Of a DNA stretch of 58,380 nucleotides, positions 18,688 through 28,941 are shown one piece after another (the stretch's first letter is position 1; each line of letters opens with the position of its first letter). The notes under the pieces were generated by a model. That model saw only the letters and a program-made list of their open reading frames with translations, was not told where the DNA came from and searched no databases. Origin of the DNA: Fibrobacterales bacterium (GTDB lineage: Bacteria; Fibrobacterota; Fibrobacteria; Fibrobacterales; JAOPTW01); contig JAOPTW010000041.1 in NCBI GenBank assembly GCA_051532035.1, positions 1 through 58,380 of the forward strand, given 5' to 3'. The position numbers were made by a program, and so were the translations under genes.

Positions 18688-20121
18688 TTATACAATGATC
18701 TCAGTATCAACTACATTTTTCCAATCAGAATATTTGTTAATCAAGGGAAGCGCCTCTTCAGAAACAAATTCTTCAACTTGTTCTGGAGCACGGCCAACAA
18801 ATTTCTTAGTATCGAGAATTTCATCGAGATCTGCTTGAGTAAGATCAAATTTAGGACTATTCAAGATGCGTTCAAGGAGGTCATTCTCGCCACCTTCAAC
18901 TTTAACATTTGCTCCAGCTTCCATTGAGAGCACACGAATATCTTCGTGAAGCTCTTGACGGTCACCACCTTTTTGCACTTGCGCCATAATGATATTCTCT
19001 GTAGCCATAAATGGAAGTTCGGCTTGAATACGTTTGTCCAAAATTTTAGGATAGACGACCATATTTGAAGTAACATTCTCAGAGATAATGAGCATCGCAT
19101 CAATCGCAAGAAAGGCCTCAGGAATTGCGAGACGTTTATTTGCCGAATCATCAAGTGTTCGCTCGAACCATTGTGTCGCTTGAGTAAAGGTTGTCGCTTG
19201 CACTTGTGCCATAACAAAACGGGCAAGTGAACCGATTCTCTCTGAGCGCATTGGGTTACGCTTGTAAGCCATTGCAGATGATCCAATCTGATCTTTTTCG
19301 AATGGCTCTTCAAGTTCTTTAACACCCTGCATAAGGCGCACATCTGTCGAGAATTTAGAGAGTGACTGTGCAATACTTGAAAGAACTGCATTAGCACGAG
19401 CATCCCATTTACGAGTATAGGTCTGGCCGGTAATAGTAAGACATTTTTCAAAACCCATCTTCTCTGTCACTTTAGCATCAAGAGATTTTACTTTAACACC
19501 ATCATCATTAAAAAGCTTCATGAAACTCGCTTGGGTACCTGTTGTACCTTTAACGCCGCGAAAGGGGAGCTGGTTAATCAGGAAGTCAAGCTCTTCAAAA
19601 TCGATCACAAGATCTTGAACCCAAAGACACGTACGTTTACCAACAGTTGTCAATTGCGCCGCTTGAAAGTGTGTAGCGCCAAGTTGAGGAAGATCTTTGT
19701 ACTTCATAGCAAAAGTAGACATATTTTCAATTACAACAGAGAGCTTCTGGCGCACCAAGATAAGTGCTTGCTTCATCTGTACGAGGTCGGTATTATCACC
19801 AACGTACGCAGATGTCGCCCCAAGGTGAATAATTGGTTTTGCAGTCGGGCATTGCACACCATAGGCATGCACATGAGACATTACATCGTGACGACGCTTT
19901 TTTTCTTCCTCTTCTGCGACATCAAAGTTGATATCTGTTTCAAATTTCTTTAATTCTGCAACTTGTGCATCAGTTATATCAAGACCAAGCTCTTGTTCAG
20001 ATTCAGCAAGTGCTATCCAGAGCTTTCTCCACGTCTGAAATTTACACTGAGGCGAAAAGATGAAACTCATCTCTTTAGAGGCATAGCGCTTAATTAGGGG
20101 ACTTTCGAACTGGTCTCTCAT
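18688..20121 (-). CDS. purB: Adenylosuccinate lyase
   Basis: RHDVMSHV, IHLGATS, THFQAAQLTT, SSAMAYKRNPMRSE, QWFERTLDDSAN; ATG 20121 with AGAGAG upstream. Confidence 0.97.
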   Translation of the reverse strand: MRDQFESPLIKRYASKEMSFIFSPQCKFQTWRKLWIALAESEQELGLDITDAQVAELKKFETDINFDVAEEEEKKRRHDVMSHVHAYGVQCPTAKPIIHLGATSAYVGDNTDLVQMKQALILVRQKLSVVIENMSTFAMKYKDLPQLGATHFQAAQLTTVGKRTCLWVQDLVIDFEELDFLINQLPFRGVKGTTGTQASFMKLFNDDGVKVKSLDAKVTEKMGFEKCLTITGQTYTRKWDARANAVLSSIAQSLSKFSTDVRLMQGVKELEEPFEKDQIGSSAMAYKRNPMRSERIGSLARFVMAQVQATTFTQATQWFERTLDDSANKRLAIPEAFLAIDAMLIISENVTSNMVVYPKILDKRIQAELPFMATENIIMAQVQKGGDRQELHEDIRVLSMEAGANVKVEGGENDLLERILNSPKFDLTQADLDEILDTKKFVGRAPEQVEEFVSEEALPLINKYSDWKNVVDTEIIV

Positions 20122-20401
20122 AATACTCTCTTTTTTAATAGTGTTCGCCTGGACCACCCGAGCGACTACAACAACAATTTTGTTCAATTATAGAAAAAAC
20201 ATTGCAGAACCCAAACAAAAACGATACACTCTCAGCCATAAAACACACCCAAAAGGTGAACATTAACCGCCTTTCAAATGTGAAGAAATAACGCGAAAAC
20301 AGCAAGAAATCATCGGTTTTTATCAATTAATAACCAATTACTCGTTTGTTAATCAAGCCAGAAACCTATATTTGGTTCAAACTAAAAATATTGGAGCCCT
20401 C

Positions 20402-21601
20402 ATGTATATTCTCGTCCTCAATTGTGGCAGTTCATCAGTAAAATTTTCTCTTTTTGAAAAGGAGAGCAAACAGGTCATAATGAGTGGTTTAGCAGAAAAG
20501 CTTATCTCCGATGCTCCAGAAATTGGTTGGAAACTCGAACAAACGGGTGAAAAATTTTCTGAAATACTTCCTAAAACAGAGGGCGCTGCATTTGAGAAAA
20601 TCGTTAGCATTCTCCAGGCAAATAACATCGACTCAAAAGAAATTTACGGTGTTGGACACAGAGTAGTACACGGCGGCGAAAAATTCTTTGCATCTGCACA
20701 AATTACAGATGTCAACTTTAGTGAACTTGAAAAAATTAGCCACCTCGCACCATTGCACAATCCTGCGAACCTCGATGGTATTAAATTTTCTCAGAAAGTA
20801 TTCCCAGGAGTTCCACAGGTGGCAGTTTTTGATACAGCATTTCACCAAACAATTCCTCAAAAAGCATTTATGTACGCTATTCCCAAGGACCTCTACGAAG
20901 AGCATGGAATACGTAAATATGGGTTTCATGGAACATCTCATAAATTTGTTTCTATCAATGCCATTAAAGAACTTGATCTTGACCCCAACAACAGTGGTGT
21001 CATTGTCGCACACATGGGTAATGGCTGTTCTGCAACCGCAGTTAAAAATGGCGAAAGTGTCGACACTACTATGGGTCTCACTCCACTTGCTGGCCTGGTA
21101 ATGGGGACACGTTCTGGTGACATCGATCCGTCTATTCACCAATTCATAAAAAATGCTAAGGGCTGGGATATCGATGAGATTACCAACGTTCTCAATAAAA
21201 AAAGCGGGCTTCTAGGCCTTTCTGGTATTGATAGTGACATGAGAACAATTACCGCTGAACGCGAAAAAGGCAATAAAGCAGCGGAGCTCACTCTCGACAT
21301 TTACTGCTACAACCTTGCAAAACACATTTTTGCACTGAGTGCATCACTTGATAGACTTGACGCACTTGTTTTTACAGGTGGCATTGGCGAAAACTCACGT
21401 GTTGTTCGTGAACTCACTATTAAACAACTGAAAATTTTAGGCTTTAACTTAGACGCAGCTAAAAATGAAACAACAGGATACGGTGGTTCAACTGACACTG
21501 GTATCATTACTGCAAAAGGAAGTACCATTGCCTATGTGCTCCCTACCAATGAAGAACTTATGATCACAATGGACACAATTGAAGTAATTGAAAACAGCTA
21601 G
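20402..21601 (+). CDS. ackA: Acetate kinase
   Basis: LVLNCGSSSVK, GHRVVHGGE, APLHNPAN, YGFHGTSH, FTGGIGEN, TNEELMI; GGAG SD. Confidence 0.98.
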   Translation: MYILVLNCGSSSVKFSLFEKESKQVIMSGLAEKLISDAPEIGWKLEQTGEKFSEILPKTEGAAFEKIVSILQANNIDSKEIYGVGHRVVHGGEKFFASAQITDVNFSELEKISHLAPLHNPANLDGIKFSQKVFPGVPQVAVFDTAFHQTIPQKAFMYAIPKDLYEEHGIRKYGFHGTSHKFVSINAIKELDLDPNNSGVIVAHMGNGCSATAVKNGESVDTTMGLTPLAGLVMGTRSGDIDPSIHQFIKNAKGWDIDEITNVLNKKSGLLGLSGIDSDMRTITAEREKGNKAAELTLDIYCYNLAKHIFALSASLDRLDALVFTGGIGENSRVVRELTIKQLKILGFNLDAAKNETTGYGGSTDTGIITAKGSTIAYVLPTNEELMITMDTIEVIENS

Positions 21602-21630
21602 ATCAACCCTCTAGAACAAGGAATATATCC

Positions 21631-23781
21631 ATGGAGCAAATTCTCTTTACCATGCCGTCTGGTCACAATGTTGGCCTCATGTCTACCACAGCTGCACTAT
21701 ATCGCGCGATCGAAAACGAAGGTGTTTCAGTAAGTTACTTTAAACCATTCACTGAACATACAAAAGAAAATGCTTCACAAGATCGTTCCGTTACTCTGAT
21801 TAACGGCATCGAAGGTAAAACAACCCCATCACCTATAAGTCTCATTGAAGCAGAGCAATACCTCAGTAATGGTGACGAAGAAACTCTGATGGAGATGGTT
21901 GTTGAACGGTTCGATCAGATATCTCAAAACTCTCAAGCTGTTGTCATTGAGGGCATCGCTTCGAGTGCAACTCTTTTTTATACCCAACGTCTTAATAACC
22001 TCATTTGTCGAGCCCTCAAGGCTAAAGTTATTCTCGTTATTGCAGAAGAAAGAAATTCCCCAGAAGAAATTGTTGAATCAGTGAATATTACGAACAGACA
22101 ATTTACTGGTGACTCCACTGATTATGTTGTTGGCTGCATTGTGAATAAAGTTGGTGCAGAAAAAAGTGCTACAAATTATAGTTATCTTATCAATAAAGAT
22201 CACACAGCACAAAACACTTCAGACAGAATAGAATCTCTCTACAGCGCATTCGAAAAAAGTAGTGTCCCCCTCTCTGGCGTTCTTTGTTGGGACAATACCA
22301 TTGCCACACCAAGAACTAAAGACATATTTGAGTCCCTCTCCGGTGAAATAATTAACGAAGGCGACTGGACTAATCGTCGAATTGAGCATATTGAAGTAGG
22401 GGCAAGTTCTATAGGTGAATTAACTTCTCTTTTTAAAGAACAGACCCTCATTATGACTTCTGATGAACGATGTGGAGATCTATTGGCTGCCTGTATGGCA
22501 GAGCAAAACGAAATAAAACTTGCAGGAATTGCTTTATGCGGCGAAAAATACCCCAGCAAAGGTGTACTGAAGCTTTGTCAAGCAGCCTTTAAATTAGGTC
22601 TTCCTGTAATGTGGAGCCCTAAAAAGTTATTTAGTGTTGTTGAATCCGTTGCACGTAAAAATTCACAACTACCTAATGACGACATTGAACGTGCCGAAAA
22701 AGCAATGAATACAATGGCTAAGCACATCAATCCATCATGGCTGAAACAGCTTCTGAGCACAGAAAAAAGTACTGGAATTACTCCACCAGCTTTCAGAAAC
22801 AATCTTATCAAAATGGCTCGTGAATATCAGAAACGTATCGTGTTACCTGAGGGCCATGAACCACGTACTATTGAAGCCGCTATTATTTGTACCAAAAGAA
22901 AAATTGCTCGCTGTGTACTTCTTGGTAATCCCGCAGAGATTAAAGAGGTTGCAGAAATGCAAGGCCTTGAACTCCCGCAAGAAATGGAAATCATCGAACC
23001 AAACACCATTATCGATGACTATGTAGCACCTATGGTAGAGCTCCGTAAAAAGAAAGGGCTTTCTCCACTCGAAGCACGAATACAACTTCAAGACACTGTA
23101 GTACTTGGCACCATGATGCTTCAACAAGGTCATGTTGATGGACTTGTTTCAGGAGCGGTTCACACCACTGCCGACACCATTCGTCCCGCATTTCAATTAA
23201 TTAAAACAGCCCCAAATTCAAACATGGTGAGTTCAATCTTCTTCATGTGTCTCCCCAATCAGGTCGTTGTTTTTGGTGACTGCGCCATCAACCCTAATCC
23301 AACCTCTGAACAACTTGCAGAGATTGCAACACTCAGCGCTCAATCAGCCGAGTTTTTTGGTATTGATGCACGAGTAGCCATGATTAGTTACTCTACAGGC
23401 TCATCAGGAGTCGGTCAAGACGTTGAACTCGTAACTGAAGCAACACGACTCATAAAAGAGAAAAGTCCAGAGCTCTTTGTTGATGGCCCATTGCAATATG
23501 ACGCTGCAATGGTTAAATCTGTGGGTAAGAAAAAAGCACCAGACAGTAAAGTAGCAGGAGAGGCAACCGTTGTTATCTTCCCTGACCTCAATACTGGAAA
23601 CACAACCTATAAGGCAGTACAGCGTTCTGCAAATGTTGTAGCAATTGGGCCTATGCTCCAAGGACTCGCAAAACCAGTGAACGACCTTTCACGAGGCGCT
23701 CTGGTAGAGGATATTGTATTTACTATTGCCCTCACTGCAATCCAGGCACAACAGTTTGAGGATGCCGAAAAGAACAGATAA
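21631..23781 (+). CDS. pta: Phosphate acetyltransferase (long form with N-terminal P-loop/DRTGG regions)
   Basis: IVLPEG.EPR, DGLVSGAVHTTADTIRPA, DGPLQYDAA, FPDLNTGN, PVNDLSRG. Confidence 0.97.
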   Translation: MEQILFTMPSGHNVGLMSTTAALYRAIENEGVSVSYFKPFTEHTKENASQDRSVTLINGIEGKTTPSPISLIEAEQYLSNGDEETLMEMVVERFDQISQNSQAVVIEGIASSATLFYTQRLNNLICRALKAKVILVIAEERNSPEEIVESVNITNRQFTGDSTDYVVGCIVNKVGAEKSATNYSYLINKDHTAQNTSDRIESLYSAFEKSSVPLSGVLCWDNTIATPRTKDIFESLSGEIINEGDWTNRRIEHIEVGASSIGELTSLFKEQTLIMTSDERCGDLLAACMAEQNEIKLAGIALCGEKYPSKGVLKLCQAAFKLGLPVMWSPKKLFSVVESVARKNSQLPNDDIERAEKAMNTMAKHINPSWLKQLLSTEKSTGITPPAFRNNLIKMAREYQKRIVLPEGHEPRTIEAAIICTKRKIARCVLLGNPAEIKEVAEMQGLELPQEMEIIEPNTIIDDYVAPMVELRKKKGLSPLEARIQLQDTVVLGTMMLQQGHVDGLVSGAVHTTADTIRPAFQLIKTAPNSNMVSSIFFMCLPNQVVVFGDCAINPNPTSEQLAEIATLSAQSAEFFGIDARVAMISYSTGSSGVGQDVELVTEATRLIKEKSPELFVDGPLQYDAAMVKSVGKKKAPDSKVAGEATVVIFPDLNTGNTTYKAVQRSANVVAIGPMLQGLAKPVNDLSRGALVEDIVFTIALTAIQAQQFEDAEKNR

Positions 23782-25560
23782 ATGAAACAACCATTCGATG
23801 TAAGTAAAGCAATTAAAAAGGCGAGGATCATTTCCAATACTGGTCCTCTTCTTTTATTTAGTGCAGGTGTTGGTGTTATTACCGGCCTCGCAGCTGTAGT
23901 ATTTCATTTCATTCTCGATCAGTCGGTTGACCATATTCTGGGGACATTTGCGGGAGTCGCCCCCTGGGGTTCTGATGCAACAGCACTCATTCCTCGTTAT
24001 CTCTTTTTTATCATACCTACTTTGGGAGGCCTCCTCTCAGGTATATTAGTCTATAAGCTCGCCCCCGAAACTGCAGGACATGGTACCGATGCCATGATCG
24101 ACAATTTTCATAACAAGGGTGGGCGCGTACGCAAACGAGTCCCTTTTGTTAAGGCAATCACCTCAATTATAACTATCGCCTCTGGTGGCTCTGCAGGTAT
24201 CGAAGGACCCACTGCACAGATCGGTTCAGGTATTGGTTCTCTCTTTTCGAGGCTCTTTTCAGTTACCACAAAAATGCGTCGCTTAATAATGCTCTCTGGA
24301 ACAGCAGCAGGCTTGGGGGCTATCTTTAAAGCCCCCCTTGGTGGCGCTCTTACCAGCGTAGAAATTCTTTATAAAGAGGATTTTGAGTCCGATGGCTTCC
24401 TCTCCTCTATTATTGCCTCTGTTGTGGCCTATACAACGTATGCAAGTATTGTTGGGTATGGCGCTGTGTTTGGCGATCTTATGGAATTTACATTCACTGG
24501 TCCAAAAGAACTGGTTTTTTACTGCCTTCTCGGTGTGCTCTGCGCTCCATTTTCGTGGGTCTATATAAAGACATTTTATGCCATTAAGGACTTTTTCACC
24601 AAACTCCCTATCCCTAATATGTTTAAACCTGCTGTGGGTGGCTTAGGCGTAGGAATCATCTTCTATATTCGCCCTGAAGTTATCTCTGGAGGCTGGGACT
24701 ATCTTATTGATGCCATGCAGGGTGATCTTGCTGTCGGCAGCTCAACAACCATGCTCGTCCTTACACTCCTCGCCATATCTGTTGTTAAAATCATCGCAAC
24801 CTCCTTCACGGTTGCATCCGGAGGTTCAGGCGGCGTATTTGGTCCCTCACTTTTTATTGGCGGCATGTTTGGCGGCGCCCTTGGTTACACTTGTCATGCA
24901 CTCTTCCCCGAAATCGTAACTCAGCCCGGTGCCTTTGTAATAGTAGGAATGGGGGCCTTCTTTGCAGGAGCCGCTAACGCCCCTGTTGCCACAGTCGTAA
25001 TGGTGTGTGAACTTACGGGTAACTACAACCTTCTTGCCCCTCTTATGATTGCTTCAGCGATACACATCTATTTTGCCCATAAATGGTCGATTTACGAAAA
25101 CCAAGTTCACAACAAGTTTTCATCCCGTGCTCACCGCAACGACATGAATATCGATGTACTCAAAAACCTCATGGTACAAGATGTTATAGATCCTTCACGG
25201 CCCATTGTTCGGGTCAACCGCATGGACAGTCTTAAAAAACTTGAACGAGTCATGGCGAACACCGATGAGGATCTCTTCCTGGTGGTGAACGATGATGACA
25301 CCATTATCGGACTCGTAGACACCCATACAATCAGAAAGGTCATTTTCGAAGAATCCGCCTCTGAACTGGTCATTGTCGACGACATGATGGATAAAGTTCA
25401 ACTGCTCTACGAGCATATGGACCTCCATACCACACTTCAGGCATTTTTACGCCATGGCATTGGGGAACTCCCCGTTGTAGACAGTGAAGGGAAGATTATC
25501 TCTACCATCAAGCAAAAAGACATTATTAACGCCTATAATGATATTTTGAAGAAGCTTTAG
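23782..25560 (+). CDS. ClC-family chloride channel/antiporter with C-terminal CBS pair
   Basis: AGHGTD, GGSAGIEGP, FKAPLGG, GGSGGVFGPSL, CELTGNY, two CBS-like segments; TAAATG junction with pta. Confidence 0.93.
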   Translation: MKQPFDVSKAIKKARIISNTGPLLLFSAGVGVITGLAAVVFHFILDQSVDHILGTFAGVAPWGSDATALIPRYLFFIIPTLGGLLSGILVYKLAPETAGHGTDAMIDNFHNKGGRVRKRVPFVKAITSIITIASGGSAGIEGPTAQIGSGIGSLFSRLFSVTTKMRRLIMLSGTAAGLGAIFKAPLGGALTSVEILYKEDFESDGFLSSIIASVVAYTTYASIVGYGAVFGDLMEFTFTGPKELVFYCLLGVLCAPFSWVYIKTFYAIKDFFTKLPIPNMFKPAVGGLGVGIIFYIRPEVISGGWDYLIDAMQGDLAVGSSTTMLVLTLLAISVVKIIATSFTVASGGSGGVFGPSLFIGGMFGGALGYTCHALFPEIVTQPGAFVIVGMGAFFAGAANAPVATVVMVCELTGNYNLLAPLMIASAIHIYFAHKWSIYENQVHNKFSSRAHRNDMNIDVLKNLMVQDVIDPSRPIVRVNRMDSLKKLERVMANTDEDLFLVVNDDDTIIGLVDTHTIRKVIFEESASELVIVDDMMDKVQLLYEHMDLHTTLQAFLRHGIGELPVVDSEGKIISTIKQKDIINAYNDILKKL

Positions 25561-25750
25561 GGGGTTGGCTCGAAAGGGCTTCCACCCTTTATATCCCATT
25601 ATTTCTCTAGAACCATTATAGACAAATGTTTTGCCAATTCTTAGTGTATAAAAGACGTAAATCAACACATTTTCAATCCACATTTTGTGATTTTTATATA
25701 GATTAGTACCGGGACTATAGCGTGATTTTGCGCACACAAATGGAGAAATA

Positions 25751-27103
25751 ATGATTGAATTCAAAGGAGTTTTTACTCTCTTGGCTGTCGCTGGTTGCAT
25801 CGCGACATCTGCTATTGCAGCACCAGATGTAATGGGTGTTGAGAATGTACCAAAAAAAGATACTATTCAGAGTGAGTCACTAGCCTGGTTTAAACTTGGT
25901 GACATGAGACTTATCAACAATGACTGGGGCTCAATAAACCCTGAAACAAATTGTTCAACTTCAGACTTTGAAATTTTCGTAAAAGAAAACGGAAGCTTTG
26001 GTTGGAACTTTGACCGAGAAGGCTGTGGGGCAAGTGGTACAAAACCCGATTATCCAGAACTAGAATTTGGCATACATCCATTTGGAGTCAACAAAGGCCT
26101 AGTTACTACACCTGATTACACTTCAACAGACCTCCTCCCAATACAAATTAAAGACATTGATAATATGTCCATCGACATTGATAACTATAGAATAGATCTA
26201 GGTAAAGGCGGAAGTTGGAACCTTAATTTTGAAATGTGGTTGACTGACCAACACCCTATTGATGGTCAACACACAAATGCATATGCTGAACTCATGATAT
26301 TTTGGGGTTGGTATGAAAACAGATGGGAGTGTAATGTCGGAAATGACATGATGCATCTTGGTGACCGATCTTACCGCCTTTGCCACCAATCTGACGAGTG
26401 GGGTGGCTGGAGATACTATCAATTTAGAAATGGAAATGGTGGAAACGACTCAAGAGGATATGACTTTACTGGCAACCTCGATGTAAAAGAAGCTCTTAAA
26501 TGGCTTGTTGATAACGCAGGGTTCTCAGAGGACCTATGGGTTGCACGCCTTGAGCTTGGAACTGAAATTGATGATGGCACATCTGGAACCGTTACCTTTG
26601 ATGACGTTACTTTTAATGTAAATGGAGAATCTCGTGGTGTTGAATTTTTTGATCCAACAGCAGTGGTATCATCAAGCTCAGAGCCTGAATTATCAAGTGA
26701 AACCGTTTCAAGCTCTAGCGAAGTAGTCTCAAGCTCAAGTATTGAGTCTTCTGAAGCAGCAGAGTCTAGTACCGAAACATCAAGTGATGATGAAGATGGA
26801 GAAAATTCTTCTGACACAGAATCATCTGGAGATTCAGATGGTGAGAGTTCGGAAACAAGTGCCCTTTTTAATAACTCAAATAGTACTAATGGCACATCAC
26901 TCATGTATCGAGTATATCCAACGCAATCAGCAACCGCCATCAAAGTAAAAGAAGACGGTCGTTACTCAGTATCACTTTTTGATGCACTCGGTAATATGGT
27001 TACTCAATTTGAAGCACAGTCTGAATCAAAAAGCATCATGTTACACTCATCAAAGGAGACCGCAGAAGGACTCTATATTATGAAAGCAGTTAAGATTCAG
27101 TAA
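25751..27103 (+). CDS. Secreted GH12-like endoglucanase with Ser/Glu linker and T9SS-like C-terminal domain (paralog 1)
   Basis: Signal peptide; NNDWG, DYP, WNLNFEMWL, AELMIF (nucleophile position), LGTEI (acid/base position); CTD VSLFDALGN..GLYIMK. Confidence 0.8.
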   Translation: MIEFKGVFTLLAVAGCIATSAIAAPDVMGVENVPKKDTIQSESLAWFKLGDMRLINNDWGSINPETNCSTSDFEIFVKENGSFGWNFDREGCGASGTKPDYPELEFGIHPFGVNKGLVTTPDYTSTDLLPIQIKDIDNMSIDIDNYRIDLGKGGSWNLNFEMWLTDQHPIDGQHTNAYAELMIFWGWYENRWECNVGNDMMHLGDRSYRLCHQSDEWGGWRYYQFRNGNGGNDSRGYDFTGNLDVKEALKWLVDNAGFSEDLWVARLELGTEIDDGTSGTVTFDDVTFNVNGESRGVEFFDPTAVVSSSSEPELSSETVSSSSEVVSSSSIESSEAAESSTETSSDDEDGENSSDTESSGDSDGESSETSALFNNSNSTNGTSLMYRVYPTQSATAIKVKEDGRYSVSLFDALGNMVTQFEAQSESKSIMLHSSKETAEGLYIMKAVKIQ

Positions 27104-27130
27104 CTGTTAACACAGTATCGTTACATTTAT

Positions 27131-27156
27131 AAGCACCTCATCTTGAGGTGCTTTTT
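27131..27156 (+). terminator. Terminator after GH12 paralog 1
   Basis: AAGCACCTCA-tct-TGAGGTGCTT-TTT. Confidence 0.88.
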
Positions 27157-27418
27157 CATTGAATAACTTCAATTTTATGTCTACTGAACTAAAATTCCCG
27201 ACAAAGTCAAGCTAGAGTAAAAACCCTCATTAACCAGCAAAAATACACTTATTTACAATCACACCTAATTTTCCCAATAACTTCCTAAAAGTAACATTTA
27301 CAGTGTCCATATTTTCCCCTTTTTAGTATAGATTAATTGTCAGCACAATAAATCGAGTACACAACACTCAATAATAATTCGAGCTCACAACACTCGAACA
27401 TACTACATGGAGAAAATA

Positions 27419-28759
27419 ATGATTGGACATACCAAATTATGCGCCTTTTTAGGAGCTATTGCTGTAATTGCATCTACGGCGATTAGCGCACCCGATGAGA
27501 TGGACGTAGAGAACGTATCTAAAACTGATACCTCAACAACACAATCCCTTGCCTGGTTTAAGTTAGGTGACATGCGATTAGTAAATAATGATTGGGGAAC
27601 CCAGGACCCTGCCACAAATTGTAGTTTTTCAGAGTATTCAATATTTGTTGAAAAGAGCGGCTCATTTGGGTGGACCTTTGATAGATGGGGCTGCGGAGCC
27701 GGTGGAAGCAAACCAGATTATCCAGAAATTGAATTTGGCATTCACCCTTTTGGCACCTCAAAACATTTAGTCACAACCCCCGACTACTCTTCAACAGACA
27801 TCCTCCCTAAACAACTTTCTGAAATTGAGTCTTTTGTCGTGGATATCGATAATTATAGAATTGACATAGAAAACGGCGGCAGTTGGAACCTTAATGTTGA
27901 AATGTGGTTCACTGAAGAACACCCTGTAACAGGCAATCACACAACCGCGCACTCAGAACTTATGCTCTTTTTTGGCTGGCATAACGGTAGATACGGCTGG
28001 GATGGCCCTGTGGGCAACGTAAATATTAGTGGCAACAATTACGACCTCATAGTAAATAAACAACAGTGGCCACCAGGGCAGGGCGAACAATGGAAATACT
28101 TCCAGTTTCGTCAACAAGGTGGGCCACACTACGGCTATTCTGGGGAGCTTGACATTAAACAAGCTATTGAATGGCTCAAAAATGCACAAGGATTTTCAGA
28201 CAACCTTTGGCTTGCACGGGTAGAGCTTGGTACTGAAATTGATGATGGCACCAAAGGTAAGGTCACCATTGATAATATCACCTGGAAACTCAATGACGAC
28301 ACAAGAGGTGTTGAATTTTTTGACCCCACCCAAGTAGTTGAACCATCTTCATCTAGCGCGATCGCCCCTTCAAGTTCTTCAGAAGAACCATCTAGCTCTT
28401 CGGCTATAGAATCTTCATCAGAAATAGAATCTTCATCAAGTAGCCAAGAAGAGGAAAGCTCTGAAGCTATTGAATCGAGTGAAGAATTTATTGAAGAATC
28501 GAGTGAAGAAACTTCTGCACTCTTTAATAAATCTAAAAGTAGTTACGGTACATCGCTCATGTATCGAGTATCTCCATCACAATCAACCACTACAATTAAA
28601 GTGAAAGAAGATGGCCGCTATTCGGTGTCACTCTTTGATGCGCTTGGCAATCTGGTTACACAATTTGAAGCACAGTCTGAATCAAAAAGCATTATGTTGC
28701 ACTCTTCAAAAGATACCGCTGAAGGGCTCTATATTATGAAAGCTGTTAAGATTCAGTAA
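27419..28759 (+). CDS. Secreted GH12-like endoglucanase with Ser/Glu linker and T9SS-like CTD (paralog 2)
   Basis: Colinear paralog of 25751-27103 (NNDWG, VEMWF, SELMLF, LGTEI); ATG 27419 after GGAG. Confidence 0.8.
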   Translation: MIGHTKLCAFLGAIAVIASTAISAPDEMDVENVSKTDTSTTQSLAWFKLGDMRLVNNDWGTQDPATNCSFSEYSIFVEKSGSFGWTFDRWGCGAGGSKPDYPEIEFGIHPFGTSKHLVTTPDYSSTDILPKQLSEIESFVVDIDNYRIDIENGGSWNLNVEMWFTEEHPVTGNHTTAHSELMLFFGWHNGRYGWDGPVGNVNISGNNYDLIVNKQQWPPGQGEQWKYFQFRQQGGPHYGYSGELDIKQAIEWLKNAQGFSDNLWLARVELGTEIDDGTKGKVTIDNITWKLNDDTRGVEFFDPTQVVEPSSSSAIAPSSSSEEPSSSSAIESSSEIESSSSSQEEESSEAIESSEEFIEESSEETSALFNKSKSSYGTSLMYRVSPSQSTTTIKVKEDGRYSVSLFDALGNLVTQFEAQSESKSIMLHSSKDTAEGLYIMKAVKIQ

Positions 28760-28779
28760 TTATCTAATCACTGAATTCA

Positions 28780-28818
28780 CAAAATATAAGCGCCTCAAAA
28801 AGAGGTACTTATATTTTG
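28780..28818 (+). terminator. Terminator between GH12 paralog 2 and the convergent lipoprotein gene
   Basis: CAAAATATAAGCGCCTC-aaaaa-GAGGTACTTATATTTTG. Confidence 0.75.
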
Positions 28819-28941
28819 TATAAAACCTAAATAAAATTTTAATTTCATATATTAATATCATTAGAAGATCGCAACCCAGCATTACCTTCATATGGGAGTA
28901 AGAGAGCCCCCACAATACTCATCCCTAAAGCCTGATCGAAC

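Noticed and set aside
20135..20170. Hairpin in the purB leader as a ZMP/PRPP/purine riboswitch
   Set aside because: Leader after TATAAT is only ~60 nt with one imperfect stem and no aptamer consensus
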